DNA of 64,000 bases, from the NCBI GenBank assembly GCA_965223855.1, contig CBDCXM010000008.1:352001-416000 (forward strand), in the 5' to 3' direction. This document shows, in pieces, positions 19,480-29,227 of this stretch; position 1 is the first letter of the stretch, and each line of letters starts with the position of its first letter. Both the position numbers and the translations under genes were made by a program. The DNA is from Candidatus Multivoradales bacterium (GTDB lineage: Bacteria; Acidobacteriota; Thermoanaerobaculia; Multivoradales; JAHEKO01). The notes below the pieces were generated by a model. It saw only the letters and a program-made list of their open reading frames with translations. It did no database searches and was not told where the DNA came from.

Positions 19480-20870
19480 GTCGCTCCCGTCGCACCGACC
19501 GGCTCGGACGCCCGGCGAGCCGTCACCGCAGCCGCCCGGGTCGACGGTAACCGGACCCGCACCGTCGTCCCCACTCCCGGAGCGCTCTCGACCTCGATCT
19601 CGCCGCCGTGCTCGCGGACGATCCGCTGGACCACCGCCAGTCCGAGACCGGTACCTCCGCGACGCGTCGAGAAGAACGCCTCGAAGATCCGCTCCACCCG
19701 CTCTCGTTCCATCCCGACTCCGCGATCCCGCACCTGAAGGGCGAGACCGTCACCGGCCGCTTCCGAGGCGACCTCGATAACCGGGCTCTCGTCGTCCTGT
19801 CGGCTTGCCGCCAGTGCGTTCTGGATCAGATTGATCAGCAGTTGCTGAATCTGCTCGCGGTCGACGACCAGCCGTCGCCCCCGAGAGCGATCGATCCACT
19901 CCAGACGGGCGCCGCGCTTCGCCAGCTCCGGCGCCAACAGCTCGTGGCACGCCTCGAAGAGCTCGCGCGGATCAACTTCCGCCGTCTCGAGACGGCGCGG
20001 CCGGGCGTAGCGCAAAAAGTCGGTCACGAGGCGCTCGAGCCGCTGGATCTCGTCGCGGGTGATTCCGAGCATCCGACGCTGCGCGCTCCCCTCCGGCAGC
20101 TCCTCGTCGAGCAACTGCATGTTGAGGTTGAGTGCGTTGAGCGGGTTCCTGATCTCGTGCGCCAATCCGGAAGCGAGGGTGCCCACCATCGCCATTCCCT
20201 CGGCCTCCGCCGCCTGCTCTTCCAGCCGGCGACCGCGCCGCCACAACCACCAGGCGAACGCCGTACCCGCCATCAGCAGCAGGATGGTCACGATCGCGAC
20301 CGTGGAAGCCTGCGTCACGAGCTCGCGTCTCAGCGTCTGCGCCCGACTCTGGAGCTCTCCGCGACTGATACCGATCCTCAGCATCCCGATCTCGCCGATC
20401 GGCACGTCGACGTCGAACGTCGCCTGACGCTCGGTCGTCTCCTGACGGACCGATTCGGGCAGTTCCCTCACTCCCGGCGTCGCTCCCGGCGACGGCGCCG
20501 CCGCCGGCGCCAGCGGAAACGACCCCTCCGCCCTCCCCTTGAAGACGAGGGTCCCTTCGGCATCGAAGACTTCGACGTCCTGCACGACATCGCGTTGCGA
20601 CAGGACCGAATCGATGTAGGTCTGCGTCTCGCGCTCCATCGCCACGGCGCTGAAGAGATCCTGCCCCTGGCTCTCGGCGAGGCCGGCGAGGCGGTCGGCC
20701 ACGGTCTCCGCTTCGAGACGCGTCTCGAGCAGAACCCGGTCGATCTCCCGTTGCGACAGCGAGCGGAAGATCAGCCAGCCGAAGAGACCGAGGTCGAGCA
20801 GGATGAAGGCGCCGAGGGCGATCGCTCCCCACAGCCAGCGGCGCGCTCCCAGCCGGTCGGGCCTCTTCAT
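19464..20870 (-). CDS. Membrane sensor histidine kinase (NtrB-like)
   Basis: Two TM segments, LAHEIRNPL H-box, NLIQNA, DRGVG, FFST, GTGLGL. Confidence 0.93.
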   Translation of the reverse strand: MKRPDRLGARRWLWGAIALGAFILLDLGLFGWLIFRSLSQREIDRVLLETRLEAETVADRLAGLAESQGQDLFSAVAMERETQTYIDSVLSQRDVVQDVEVFDAEGTLVFKGRAEGSFPLAPAAAPSPGATPGVRELPESVRQETTERQATFDVDVPIGEIGMLRIGISRGELQSRAQTLRRELVTQASTVAIVTILLLMAGTAFAWWLWRRGRRLEEQAAEAEGMAMVGTLASGLAHEIRNPLNALNLNMQLLDEELPEGSAQRRMLGITRDEIQRLERLVTDFLRYARPRRLETAEVDPRELFEACHELLAPELAKRGARLEWIDRSRGRRLVVDREQIQQLLINLIQNALAASRQDDESPVIEVASEAAGDGLALQVRDRGVGMERERVERIFEAFFSTRRGGTGLGLAVVQRIVREHGGEIEVESAPGVGTTVRVRLPSTRAAAVTARRASEPVGATGATQRPL

Positions 20871-20985
20871 CCGGAGGAGCGTAGCAGCTTGTCGGAGCAC
20901 CGTTGTGGACCCGGCGATCGAGACTTGCCATACAATCTCCTCTATCGACATTTCTCCCTTACCATCCTCGCCACTGCGCTTCAGC

Positions 20986-22626
20986 GTGCGAGGTTCGTCG
21001 CGTCGACCGACCCCCGTCGTTCACGCCCTGCTGGCGAGCTCTCTCCTCGTGTGGGGGTGCGCCGACGCTGCGTCGAGGGCGCCCGAGCCCGAGACCGCTG
21101 CCGGTCGCCGGTCCGAGGCGATCGTCCTCGTCGCGGCCGAGCCGGCCGGCATCCATCCACTCGTCTCCGGCGGGCCGAAGACGACGCAGGATCTGATCGA
21201 CCGCCTCTTCCTCCATCTGTTCGAGGAGCAGCCCGACTTCGATCGAGGACCGCCGACCTTCCTCCCTCAGCTCGCCTCGAGTTGGGACTGGTCGGAGGAC
21301 GGCCGCACGCTCCGGCTCGACCTGCGAGACGACGTCTACTGGAGCGACGGCACCCCGGTGACGGCCGCCGATGTCGAGTTCACCTGGCGCGCTCAGACCT
21401 CACCCGAGGTCGGCTGGCGCTACGCGCAGCTCAAGGCCTCCATCTCCGGCGTCGAGGTGCTCTCGCCGTCGAGTCTGCGGGTCGACTTCACCCACGCCTA
21501 CCCGGGCCGGCTCTCGGATCTCAACGCCGGTGCCGTGCTGCCCGCCCACGCCTGGCGCGAACTGCCCTTGGACCGGTGGCCGACCGAGGCGGACTGGTTC
21601 CAGGAGCGGCTCGTCACCAACGGCCCGTTCGTCCTCGAGTCGTGGGATCCGCAGGAGCGGATCGTGCTCGCCGCCAACCCCGACTACTTCGAACCGGGCC
21701 TGCCGCGGCTCGAACGGTTGGTCCTGAGGGTTGTGCCGCTGCGCGAGAACAGGGTGGCGATGCTCGAAGCGGGGCGCGCCGACTTCGTCGAGGGGCTGAC
21801 GGTGGAGGAGGCGGCGCGAATCGATCGCGCCCCGCACGCCGAGACGCTCAGTACCTGGCACCGCCGCTACGACTACATCGGCTGGAATCTGAGACGTGCC
21901 GCCTTCGCCGATCGCGACACCCGGGTGGCGCTGACGCTCTCGCTCGATCGGGAGGAGCTGGTCGAGACCCTCTGGGACGGCCAGGCGAGGGTCGGTGTCT
22001 CGCCGATCCTCAGATCGGTCTGGGCGTTCGATCCGGGCCTCGAACCATGGCCGTACGACGTCCGGCAGGCTACGGCGACGTTGCGGCGAGCCGGCTGGCG
22101 TCGCGAGGACGACCGGATCCCCTGGAAGCGCAAGGGCGAGACGCTGACGTTCGAGCTTCTCGTCAACTCCGGCAATCCGACGCATCTCGAGGCGGCCCAG
22201 CTCGCCCGAGCTCACTGGGGGCGCATCGGGATCGAAGTCGAGGTTCGGCCGCTCGAGTTCCGTGCTCTCCTCGAACGACTCGACTCCGGCGACTTCGACG
22301 CGGCGGTCGGCTCATGGGGCATCGACACCTCGCTCGACCTCGGCTACGCCTTCCACACCGATGCGATCGCGGAGGGCTACAACTCCGGCGGTTACTCCAG
22401 CCGCGAGGTGGACCTTGCGATCGACGCCCTCAAGGAGGCGGAGTCGGTCGAGCGCCGTCGCGTCCTGCTGGAAGAGCTTCAGCACCAGCTTCACGACGAC
22501 CAGCCGTACACCTTTCTCTGGGAGCCGCCGCGGCTCGACGGCAGAAGCCGCCGCCTTCGCGACGCCAGACCCAACGCCCTGAGCGCCCTCTTCCGGGCGA
22601 GACAGTGGCACCTGGTCGATCCGTGA
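20986..22626 (+). CDS. ABC transporter substrate-binding lipoprotein, family 5 (start approximate)
   Basis: Lipobox LVWGC, WSDGTPVTAADVEFT, TNGPF, ANPDYF. Confidence 0.88.
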   Translation: MRGSSRRPTPVVHALLASSLLVWGCADAASRAPEPETAAGRRSEAIVLVAAEPAGIHPLVSGGPKTTQDLIDRLFLHLFEEQPDFDRGPPTFLPQLASSWDWSEDGRTLRLDLRDDVYWSDGTPVTAADVEFTWRAQTSPEVGWRYAQLKASISGVEVLSPSSLRVDFTHAYPGRLSDLNAGAVLPAHAWRELPLDRWPTEADWFQERLVTNGPFVLESWDPQERIVLAANPDYFEPGLPRLERLVLRVVPLRENRVAMLEAGRADFVEGLTVEEAARIDRAPHAETLSTWHRRYDYIGWNLRRAAFADRDTRVALTLSLDREELVETLWDGQARVGVSPILRSVWAFDPGLEPWPYDVRQATATLRRAGWRREDDRIPWKRKGETLTFELLVNSGNPTHLEAAQLARAHWGRIGIEVEVRPLEFRALLERLDSGDFDAAVGSWGIDTSLDLGYAFHTDAIAEGYNSGGYSSREVDLAIDALKEAESVERRRVLLEELQHQLHDDQPYTFLWEPPRLDGRSRRLRDARPNALSALFRARQWHLVDP

Positions 22627-22629
22627 TCG

Positions 22630-23556
22630 ATGAGCGTGCGACTCCCCGGCGCTGTCGCACGGCTCGGTAGAGCCACGGCGCTCCTGTGGCTGCTGGCCAC
22701 GGTCGCGTTCTTCTCCGTCCGCATCGCTCCGGGAAACGCCCTCGACCCGCCTTCCCCTTCCGTCCCAGTCGCATTCGAGGAGTCTCAGGCTCGCCTCTAC
22801 GGGCTCGACCGACCGCTCGCTCGCCAGTACTTCGACTGGATGTCGGGCCTCACCCGCGGAGACCTCGGCTGGTCGTTCGAGTACCGGGCCCCGGTCGTTT
22901 CCGTACTCGCGAGGGTGGCCCCCGACACCGCTCGTCTGGTAGCGCTGGCGCTGGCAATACAGTTCCTCGTCGGCCTTGCAGCGGCTGCGGCGGCCGCACG
23001 GTCGGCGCCGGGCCGGAGCCTCCTCGACCCGGCGGCCGCGATCGTCCACTCACTGCCGCCGTTCTGGCTCGCCCTCCTGCTGCTCACGGTGCCGGGCGTC
23101 CTGGCCCTCGTCCCGACGCGGGGTGACGCCTCAGCCGCCCTGGTACTGCCGGCACTCGTCCTTGGATTGAGCGGAGCCGCAGGCGTCTACAAGCTCAGCC
23201 TCCCCGATCTCGAGGAACATCTACGAGACACCGTCGCCCTCGGGGACGAGGCTCGCGGCGGCGGCTCGCTGGGAGTGTTGTGGCGAGCGGGCCTCCGGCG
23301 CTCGCTCACCCCCGCTGTCGAGAGGCTTCCGTTCGATCTCCCGGCTTTCGCCGCCGGAGCGCTCGCCATCGAGGTGGTCTTCTCCCGCCCGGGTCTCGGA
23401 CGGGCGGTCCATCGCGCCTTCCTCGTGCGGGATCTGCCGCTGCTGGCCGCCGGGACGCTGGCGGCGGGATGTGCCGTCCTCCTGGGCAGCCTGCTCGCCG
23501 ACCTGCTCGGAACATGGATCGACCCGCGGCGCGGTCTCGAGCCCGGAGCCCGATGA
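22630..23556 (+). CDS. ABC transporter permease (OppB/DppB-like)
   Basis: YGLDRPL..QY..W...GDLG, IEVVFSRPGLG, RDLPL, DPR. Confidence 0.85.
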   Translation: MSVRLPGAVARLGRATALLWLLATVAFFSVRIAPGNALDPPSPSVPVAFEESQARLYGLDRPLARQYFDWMSGLTRGDLGWSFEYRAPVVSVLARVAPDTARLVALALAIQFLVGLAAAAAAARSAPGRSLLDPAAAIVHSLPPFWLALLLLTVPGVLALVPTRGDASAALVLPALVLGLSGAAGVYKLSLPDLEEHLRDTVALGDEARGGGSLGVLWRAGLRRSLTPAVERLPFDLPAFAAGALAIEVVFSRPGLGRAVHRAFLVRDLPLLAAGTLAAGCAVLLGSLLADLLGTWIDPRRGLEPGAR

Positions 23557-24569
23557 CGCACTCGAGGTGGTGGCTGGCAGCAGTGGTCGTGTTGATGGCG
23601 CTCGCGCTCCCCGTCGCCGAAGAGCCGCCGATCGTCGATCCGGCGGCCACCAGGCATCTGCCTCCCGGCTCGAGACGCACCGAGCTCACTTTCAGCGACG
23701 GCAGGGTGTTCGCCGTCGAGGAGCTCGAAGAACGCGGCGGTGCCCTCTGCTACACGCGGCTGGGCGAGAAGGCCTCGATCGACGCCACACAGATCACCGG
23801 ACGACAGCGGCGTCGCTTCTGGCTCGGCACCGACCGCCTTGGGCGTGATCTCCTGCTCCGGGTCGGGGCAGCGACCCGCCGATCCATCGTCTTCGCCGGC
23901 TCGGGAGCCCTGCTGTGTGCCCTGCTGGGCGTCGCGATCGGCAGCGCGATCGGCCGACTCCCGCGTTCAGGGCGCACACTCGCCAGTCGCAGCATCGATC
24001 TGTGGGCTTCGATACCGGCACTCTTCGTCGTCCTGGCAGTCGGTGCGCGCGACCCTCTCTCCCCTGGCTCCCTCGCCGTCCTCCTCGCGCTGCTGCGCTG
24101 GCCCGCCGTGGCACGCCTCGCCCGAGCGCGGGTGCTGGAACTGGCCGCGGCCCCGTTCGTCGAAGCGGCGGTAGCGACGGGCATTCCGCGCTCCCGCCTC
24201 CTGGTGACGCAACTGGCTCCCCACCTGCTGCCGGTGGCGATCGCGGCCGCCGCACTGATCTTCGGCGAACTGCTGCTGGCGGAGGCAACCCTGTCGTTCC
24301 TCGGCGCCGGCCTGCCACCTCACGCTCCGGGCCTGGGAGGGCTTCTCGAATGGCGGCATCCCTCGGGGGCGCAAGCGTGGCCGCTCGGCCTGCCCGCGGC
24401 GGTTCTCGCGCTGCTCGTCTCGGTCGCCTTCGCGGGCGCGAGGACACCGACCGGGGCGGGCGCGAGGGTACCGGCCGGGCAGCCCCGATCCTCGCGGCCC
24501 TGGACCTCGCCTCACAACGTCGAGGACCAGCCCACCACGGACCTCGGCCCGCCCTTGAATCTTCGTTGA
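23553..24569 (+). CDS. ABC transporter permease (OppC/DppC-like)
   Basis: WLGTDRLGRDL, FVEAA..G EAA loop, EATLSFLG. Confidence 0.85.
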   Translation: MTHSRWWLAAVVVLMALALPVAEEPPIVDPAATRHLPPGSRRTELTFSDGRVFAVEELEERGGALCYTRLGEKASIDATQITGRQRRRFWLGTDRLGRDLLLRVGAATRRSIVFAGSGALLCALLGVAIGSAIGRLPRSGRTLASRSIDLWASIPALFVVLAVGARDPLSPGSLAVLLALLRWPAVARLARARVLELAAAPFVEAAVATGIPRSRLLVTQLAPHLLPVAIAAAALIFGELLLAEATLSFLGAGLPPHAPGLGGLLEWRHPSGAQAWPLGLPAAVLALLVSVAFAGARTPTGAGARVPAGQPRSSRPWTSPHNVEDQPTTDLGPPLNLR

Positions 24570-24584
24570 CCGCTGTGCTAACTT
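24555..24584 (+). promoter_or_regulatory. Putative sigma70 promoter for the 249-aa secreted protein
   Basis: TTGAAT-N18-TAACTT with extended -10 TG. Confidence 0.4.
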
Positions 24585-24687
24585 CCCGCAGATTCAAGGA
24601 ATCAGTCCGGTTCCGGCAAGCAGTCCTCGAACTGCTTTCGATACCGGTTCAGAGGAACGTCACGCAATCGCCCTCGGAGGGAATCTC

Positions 24688-25437
24688 ATGAAGTCGTTCA
24701 AACTCGTCGTTATCGCTCTCGCGGTCGTCGCGCTTTGCGCCGGTACGGCCCAGGCACAGGGGCTCTCGAAGTCCCAGGAGCAGGCACAGAATCCGGGCGC
24801 CTCGCAGCCGCCGGCCTTCCGTGTCGCCTCCGTCCCGCCGCGCCCGGCGCCGGGCCCGAACGGCGGCACCGTCACCGCCACCGTCCAGTACGACAACGGC
24901 ACGCTGACCGCGCTGCCCGTCGGCTTCGACTTCATCGTCGGCAACGTCTTCGACCGCCCGACCACCGCACCGTCGTGGACCGGCAACGTGACGCTCAACA
25001 GCTTTTCCTTCTACTTCATGGAAGACTCGATCGCCGACACCGGCCTCTTCTTCAACGTCGCCGACCCGGTGAACTCGTCGACGATCTCGTCCAGGGTCAG
25101 CGTCAACATCGGCGGCCTGGCCAACTCGGGGCAGTCGTTCTCCAGTCCGACGCTCAACGTCATCCCGCAGAGCGCCCTCGGCACCACGGGCGTGTTCTCG
25201 AACACGATGTACATGGGTGTGTGGACGCTCAACTCGGCGACCACCTTCCCGGTGGACAACGAGACGATCGGCCTCAACGACACCGCGCCGCTGCTGGGCG
25301 GGTTCCAGGGCTACACCGCAGGGACCGACGCCACCGGGCCGATCCTGTGGGCTCCGGGCAGCTTTCACGCGATCATCCGCGCCAACCTCACCTACGATCC
25401 GATTCCGGTCGAGGTGATGGCGTTCGAAGTCGACTGA
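24688..25437 (+). CDS. Secreted beta-rich protein with C-terminal PVE-type motif
   Basis: GGAGG SD; Sec signal ending AQA; Ser/Thr/Asn/Gly-rich mature part with almost no Lys; ends PIPVEVMAFEVD. Confidence 0.85.
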   Translation: MKSFKLVVIALAVVALCAGTAQAQGLSKSQEQAQNPGASQPPAFRVASVPPRPAPGPNGGTVTATVQYDNGTLTALPVGFDFIVGNVFDRPTTAPSWTGNVTLNSFSFYFMEDSIADTGLFFNVADPVNSSTISSRVSVNIGGLANSGQSFSSPTLNVIPQSALGTTGVFSNTMYMGVWTLNSATTFPVDNETIGLNDTAPLLGGFQGYTAGTDATGPILWAPGSFHAIIRANLTYDPIPVEVMAFEVD

Positions 25438-25459
25438 TTGCTCCCAAGCTGAACGATCG

Positions 25460-25489
25460 AACGGCCTCGCTTCGGCGAGGCCGTTTTTT
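25460..25489 (+). terminator. Intrinsic terminator
   Basis: AACGGCCTCGC-TTCG-GCGAGGCCGTT followed by a T run. Confidence 0.9.
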
Positions 25490-25628
25490 CTGCGCCACCC
25501 TTGCCGAGGCTCGAGCCGGCCGCCCGCCCCTTGGAGCGGTGGGCGCCTCCTGCTAGCCTGACGCGTCCTGCCGCCCAAGGTCGCCCCGCGCCGACCGAGG
25601 AGGGCATCTCGCGCAACCCTCGTATCTG

Positions 25629-27164
25629 ATGCTGGCCTCCTTGCTCCTCCTGCTCGCCCTTGCACCCGCGGCGGCGGACTCCTCGACCACCGGCGGCGAG
25701 ATCGTCCTGGCGACGTTCTCGGGAGGGGCCGTCACAACCGCGGACATCTCGCGCATCGACAGCTTCCTCAGCCGCGGAGAGGAGCAGTTCCGCGAACGCG
25801 CAGACCTCGCCGGCACCCTCTCCGTTCGCGACTGGGGGCAGCGAGTCGCGTTGAGAGAAATCGTCGCCGGCAAGATCCCTCCCGGAGAAGAACTCCACGA
25901 GGCGCAGGTGTCGTTCGCGATCGATCGCTGGCGTAGCCGCTGCTTCGGCTACCCCGAGGAGCTCGAGAAGTTGCCCCCCCTGGATCCGGAACCCGCGAGG
26001 GCTCTGCCGGACCGGATGGGCCTGTGGTACGTCTTTCGCCGCACCGCTTCGCCGGCTGACGAGCCGAGAATCCGGCAGGAACTGGAAGCGGCGGCTTCCC
26101 AGGTCTCGGACCTCGACGCCTTCCGCAAGCTCGCCCGCGAGACCTCGGAGGGGGGCAACGCCCACCTCGGTGGGAGGATGGGCCTGGTGGTCGAGGGGCA
26201 GCTTCCCGCGAAGCTCTTCGAGCGCCTGGTCACCGTCCCGGTAGGGGCGGTCAGCCCGGTGCTCGAGAACAAGGCGGGGCTCTTCCTCTTCTTCGTCGAG
26301 AGTCGCGAGTCGGGCCGGCTCAGTGATCCGGCCCAGGATCTGCGACGCAGGGAGCGCCGACGGGAACTGGAAGTGGTCGCCCGGTGCCGAGCCCGCCGCC
26401 TCGAGGAGGTCCCGCCCGTGCCGACCGAACTCACCGGAGAGGAGCGGGCAGCGGCCGAGAACCTGGCGCTCGCTCGACTGTGGAGTCTCGGCGGCCATAG
26501 CCAGCCGGAGGAGGCGCTGCGGTTTCACGAGATCGGACTCGAGGCTCGGATGGTCGAGGAGGTCTCGGCCCGGGCGAGTCGACGGATCGACGAGCCGACC
26601 GAGGACGAGCTGCGACGCGAGTTCGAGCTCACCGTCCCCCCTCTGAAGCGCCCGAAGCACCTCGGACTCACCCTGCTGACGCTCTCGGTGACACCCGACG
26701 CGGACGCCTTCGAGGAGCTCAACCGGCTTGCGGAGGCGCGCACCCGGCTCGTGCTCGGTGAGGATGAAGCGACGGTCGCCGCCTCCCTCGACGGGGCCGA
26801 GCTGAGGAGGCTGCCTCCGACAGCGCTGCGCAACCTGGCAGGCCTCCTCGGCCCTCCGATCTTCGAGGGAGTACGCGTCCTCGAACCGGGAGAGTGGAGC
26901 GCACCGCTGGCCGACCGGGCGCTCTACGTCCTGGCACGGATCGACACCGTCGAGCCGCCAAGGCCGCAGACGTTCGAGGAAGCACGGCCGATCCTCGAGA
27001 AGAAGCTGGCGCGCCGAGGCGAGGACGCTGCCCGTCTCGCGGTCATCGATGAACTGCTTCGCGGCCACGACTTCCGATGGACCGACGCGGCGGTGGCGCT
27101 CTTCCAGCAAGGGTCTGCCGGCCCGCCCGAAGCCACGACCGTAGAGGAGGGCTCTGAGCCGTGA
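25629..27164 (+). CDS. Secreted parvulin (PpiC)-type peptidyl-prolyl isomerase/foldase
   Basis: Signal peptide; FRKLARETSEG..GGRMG..GAVSPV; TFEEAR. Confidence 0.8.
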   Translation: MLASLLLLLALAPAAADSSTTGGEIVLATFSGGAVTTADISRIDSFLSRGEEQFRERADLAGTLSVRDWGQRVALREIVAGKIPPGEELHEAQVSFAIDRWRSRCFGYPEELEKLPPLDPEPARALPDRMGLWYVFRRTASPADEPRIRQELEAAASQVSDLDAFRKLARETSEGGNAHLGGRMGLVVEGQLPAKLFERLVTVPVGAVSPVLENKAGLFLFFVESRESGRLSDPAQDLRRRERRRELEVVARCRARRLEEVPPVPTELTGEERAAAENLALARLWSLGGHSQPEEALRFHEIGLEARMVEEVSARASRRIDEPTEDELRREFELTVPPLKRPKHLGLTLLTLSVTPDADAFEELNRLAEARTRLVLGEDEATVAASLDGAELRRLPPTALRNLAGLLGPPIFEGVRVLEPGEWSAPLADRALYVLARIDTVEPPRPQTFEEARPILEKKLARRGEDAARLAVIDELLRGHDFRWTDAAVALFQQGSAGPPEATTVEEGSEP

Positions 27165-29227
27165 GTGCTGCGTGTTTCACGACCGGATGGAGACCGGTCT
27201 CCCTGTCGGCGTTGCTGCTGGCGTCGTTCTGGGGAACCGGCTGTACGAGCGAGCCGCCGATCAATCTGATCGTCCTCTCTCTAGACACGACCCGCGCAGA
27301 CCACCTCGGCAGCTACGGCTACGACCGTGCCGCAACCCCCAACATCGACAGCCTCGCCGCGAGAGGTTTCCAGTTCGATCGCCACCTGACACCGGTGCCG
27401 ATCACCCTCCCCGCGCACACGACTCTGTTCACCGGCCTCACGCCGCCACAGCACTCCGTCCGCGACAACGGCACCTTCGTCGTCCCGGACCGCGTCACCA
27501 CTCTCGCGGAGGTGCTCTCCGAGGCGGGGTACCACACGTCCGCCTTCGTCGGCGCCTACCCTCTGCACTCGCAGTTCAACCTCGATCAGGGCTTCGACCT
27601 CTACGACGACGAGTTCGAGGGGGTTCCCGGGCCGGAGATCGGCGAGAACGTCTTCTTCGACGAGCGGCCGGCGCGGCGCGTAATGGACGTGGCGCTCGAC
27701 GAGCTGCGCACGCTCGAACGGCGGCCGTTCTTCTCCTTCCTCCACTTCTTCGACGCCCATCAGCCGCTCGTCCCGCCGCACCCCTACGACATCGATTTCC
27801 GGGATCGGCCGTACGACGGCGAGATCGCCTACATCGACGCCCAGATCGGCCGCCTGCTGCGATGGTTGGACGAGGCGGAGCTCACCGATTCGACCCTCGT
27901 GGTCGTCACCGCCGACCACGGCGAAGGGCTGGGAGACCACGGGGAGCTGACGCACGCCATGCTTCTCCATCAGCCGACTCTCCACATCCCTCTGATCCTC
28001 GCCGGGCCCGGTGTGCCGGTCGGCCGCACCTCGCTGTGGACCGCAGCGCCGCAGGTCTTCACGACCCTGCTCGACCTGCTCGACGTTGCACTGCCCGAAT
28101 CCGGCGATCCGGCACCCGCTCCGGGTCTGGGCCCGGTTCTCTCCTCGGCCGGTGAGCGCCCGCAGGGGTGGCCGAGGTTCGAGGCCTACTTCGAGACGAT
28201 CGCGCCACGCGCGTCCCACGGCTGGTCGCAGTTGACCGGCTGGATGAGAGGAGACTGGCGGCTCGTCCACGCGCCGCGCCCGGAGCTCTATCAACTCGAC
28301 GACGACCCCGAAGAGCGGCGCAACCTGGCGTCGGAGCGACCGAGCGAGGCGAGTGAGCTGTTCTCCGATCTCGCCGGCTATCTCAGCCGCTGGGAGACCG
28401 AGAGCGTCGGTGAGAGCGCCCAGGAGATCGACGAGGAAACCCGCCAGAAGCTCGCGGCTCTCGGCTACCTTCAGCTCGATCACGACGCTCTCGGAGAGCT
28501 CGACGACATGCTCGACGTCTCGAGTCTCGTCGATCCGAAGGACAAGGTCGTCGACATCTCGCTGATCTCCGAGGCGCGAGCCTCGATCGACTCGAACGAC
28601 TGGAACCGCTCCTACGAGCTCCACCGACAGCTCGTGGAGCGCTATCCGCAGTCCCTGCCGGGGCTCAAGGGGCTCGCGGTGCTCTATGGGCGGCGGCGCG
28701 ACTGGACGCCGACGTTCGAGTACCTCGACCGGGCTCTCGCCGTCAGTCCGGAGTCGATGGAGTTGCAGATGCTCAAGGGGCAGTTGCTGATCGACAAGGG
28801 CGACGCCCAGTCAGGACTCGACATCCTGGTCCCACTCGCCGACAAGGTGGTCTCCTGGCGAGCGGACGCCTTCCACATGTGGGTCGGCGTCGGACACTCG
28901 AAACTCGGCCGTCCCGACGAAGCGATCGCCTCGTTCGAACGAGTCCTCGAGGCAAGTCCGGACAATCGCTGGGTCGGCCTCTACCTCGCCAACGAGCTGG
29001 CAGCCGCCGGGCGCCACGACGAGGCCCGGGGGCGTTTCGAGAGGCTGATCGAGCTCGCCCCCTACTTCCCGCTCGCTTACTACAACTTCGCGCTCCTCCT
29101 CCACGAGACCGGAGAGAGCGCAGCGGCGCTGAGACTGGCGGAGCGTTCGGTCCGGCTCGACACCCGCCATGCGCCGTCACGGCAGCTCGTCGAAACCCTG
29201 CGGCGCGCTCTCGGAGGCTCGTCGTGA
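27161..29227 (+). CDS. Sulfatase-like hydrolase/transferase fused to TPR repeats (lipoprotein)
   Basis: Lipobox-like GTGC, LDTTRADHLG, TPNID, ITLPAHTTLFTG, HFFDAH, TADHGE, LAALGYL, C-terminal TPRs. Confidence 0.9.
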   Translation: MSAACFTTGWRPVSLSALLLASFWGTGCTSEPPINLIVLSLDTTRADHLGSYGYDRAATPNIDSLAARGFQFDRHLTPVPITLPAHTTLFTGLTPPQHSVRDNGTFVVPDRVTTLAEVLSEAGYHTSAFVGAYPLHSQFNLDQGFDLYDDEFEGVPGPEIGENVFFDERPARRVMDVALDELRTLERRPFFSFLHFFDAHQPLVPPHPYDIDFRDRPYDGEIAYIDAQIGRLLRWLDEAELTDSTLVVVTADHGEGLGDHGELTHAMLLHQPTLHIPLILAGPGVPVGRTSLWTAAPQVFTTLLDLLDVALPESGDPAPAPGLGPVLSSAGERPQGWPRFEAYFETIAPRASHGWSQLTGWMRGDWRLVHAPRPELYQLDDDPEERRNLASERPSEASELFSDLAGYLSRWETESVGESAQEIDEETRQKLAALGYLQLDHDALGELDDMLDVSSLVDPKDKVVDISLISEARASIDSNDWNRSYELHRQLVERYPQSLPGLKGLAVLYGRRRDWTPTFEYLDRALAVSPESMELQMLKGQLLIDKGDAQSGLDILVPLADKVVSWRADAFHMWVGVGHSKLGRPDEAIASFERVLEASPDNRWVGLYLANELAAAGRHDEARGRFERLIELAPYFPLAYYNFALLLHETGESAAALRLAERSVRLDTRHAPSRQLVETLRRALGGSS

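Noticed and set aside
19608-22670. 1020-aa + strand ORF
   Set aside because: Composite of the antisense kinase shadow and an off-frame reading of the solute-binding protein gene.
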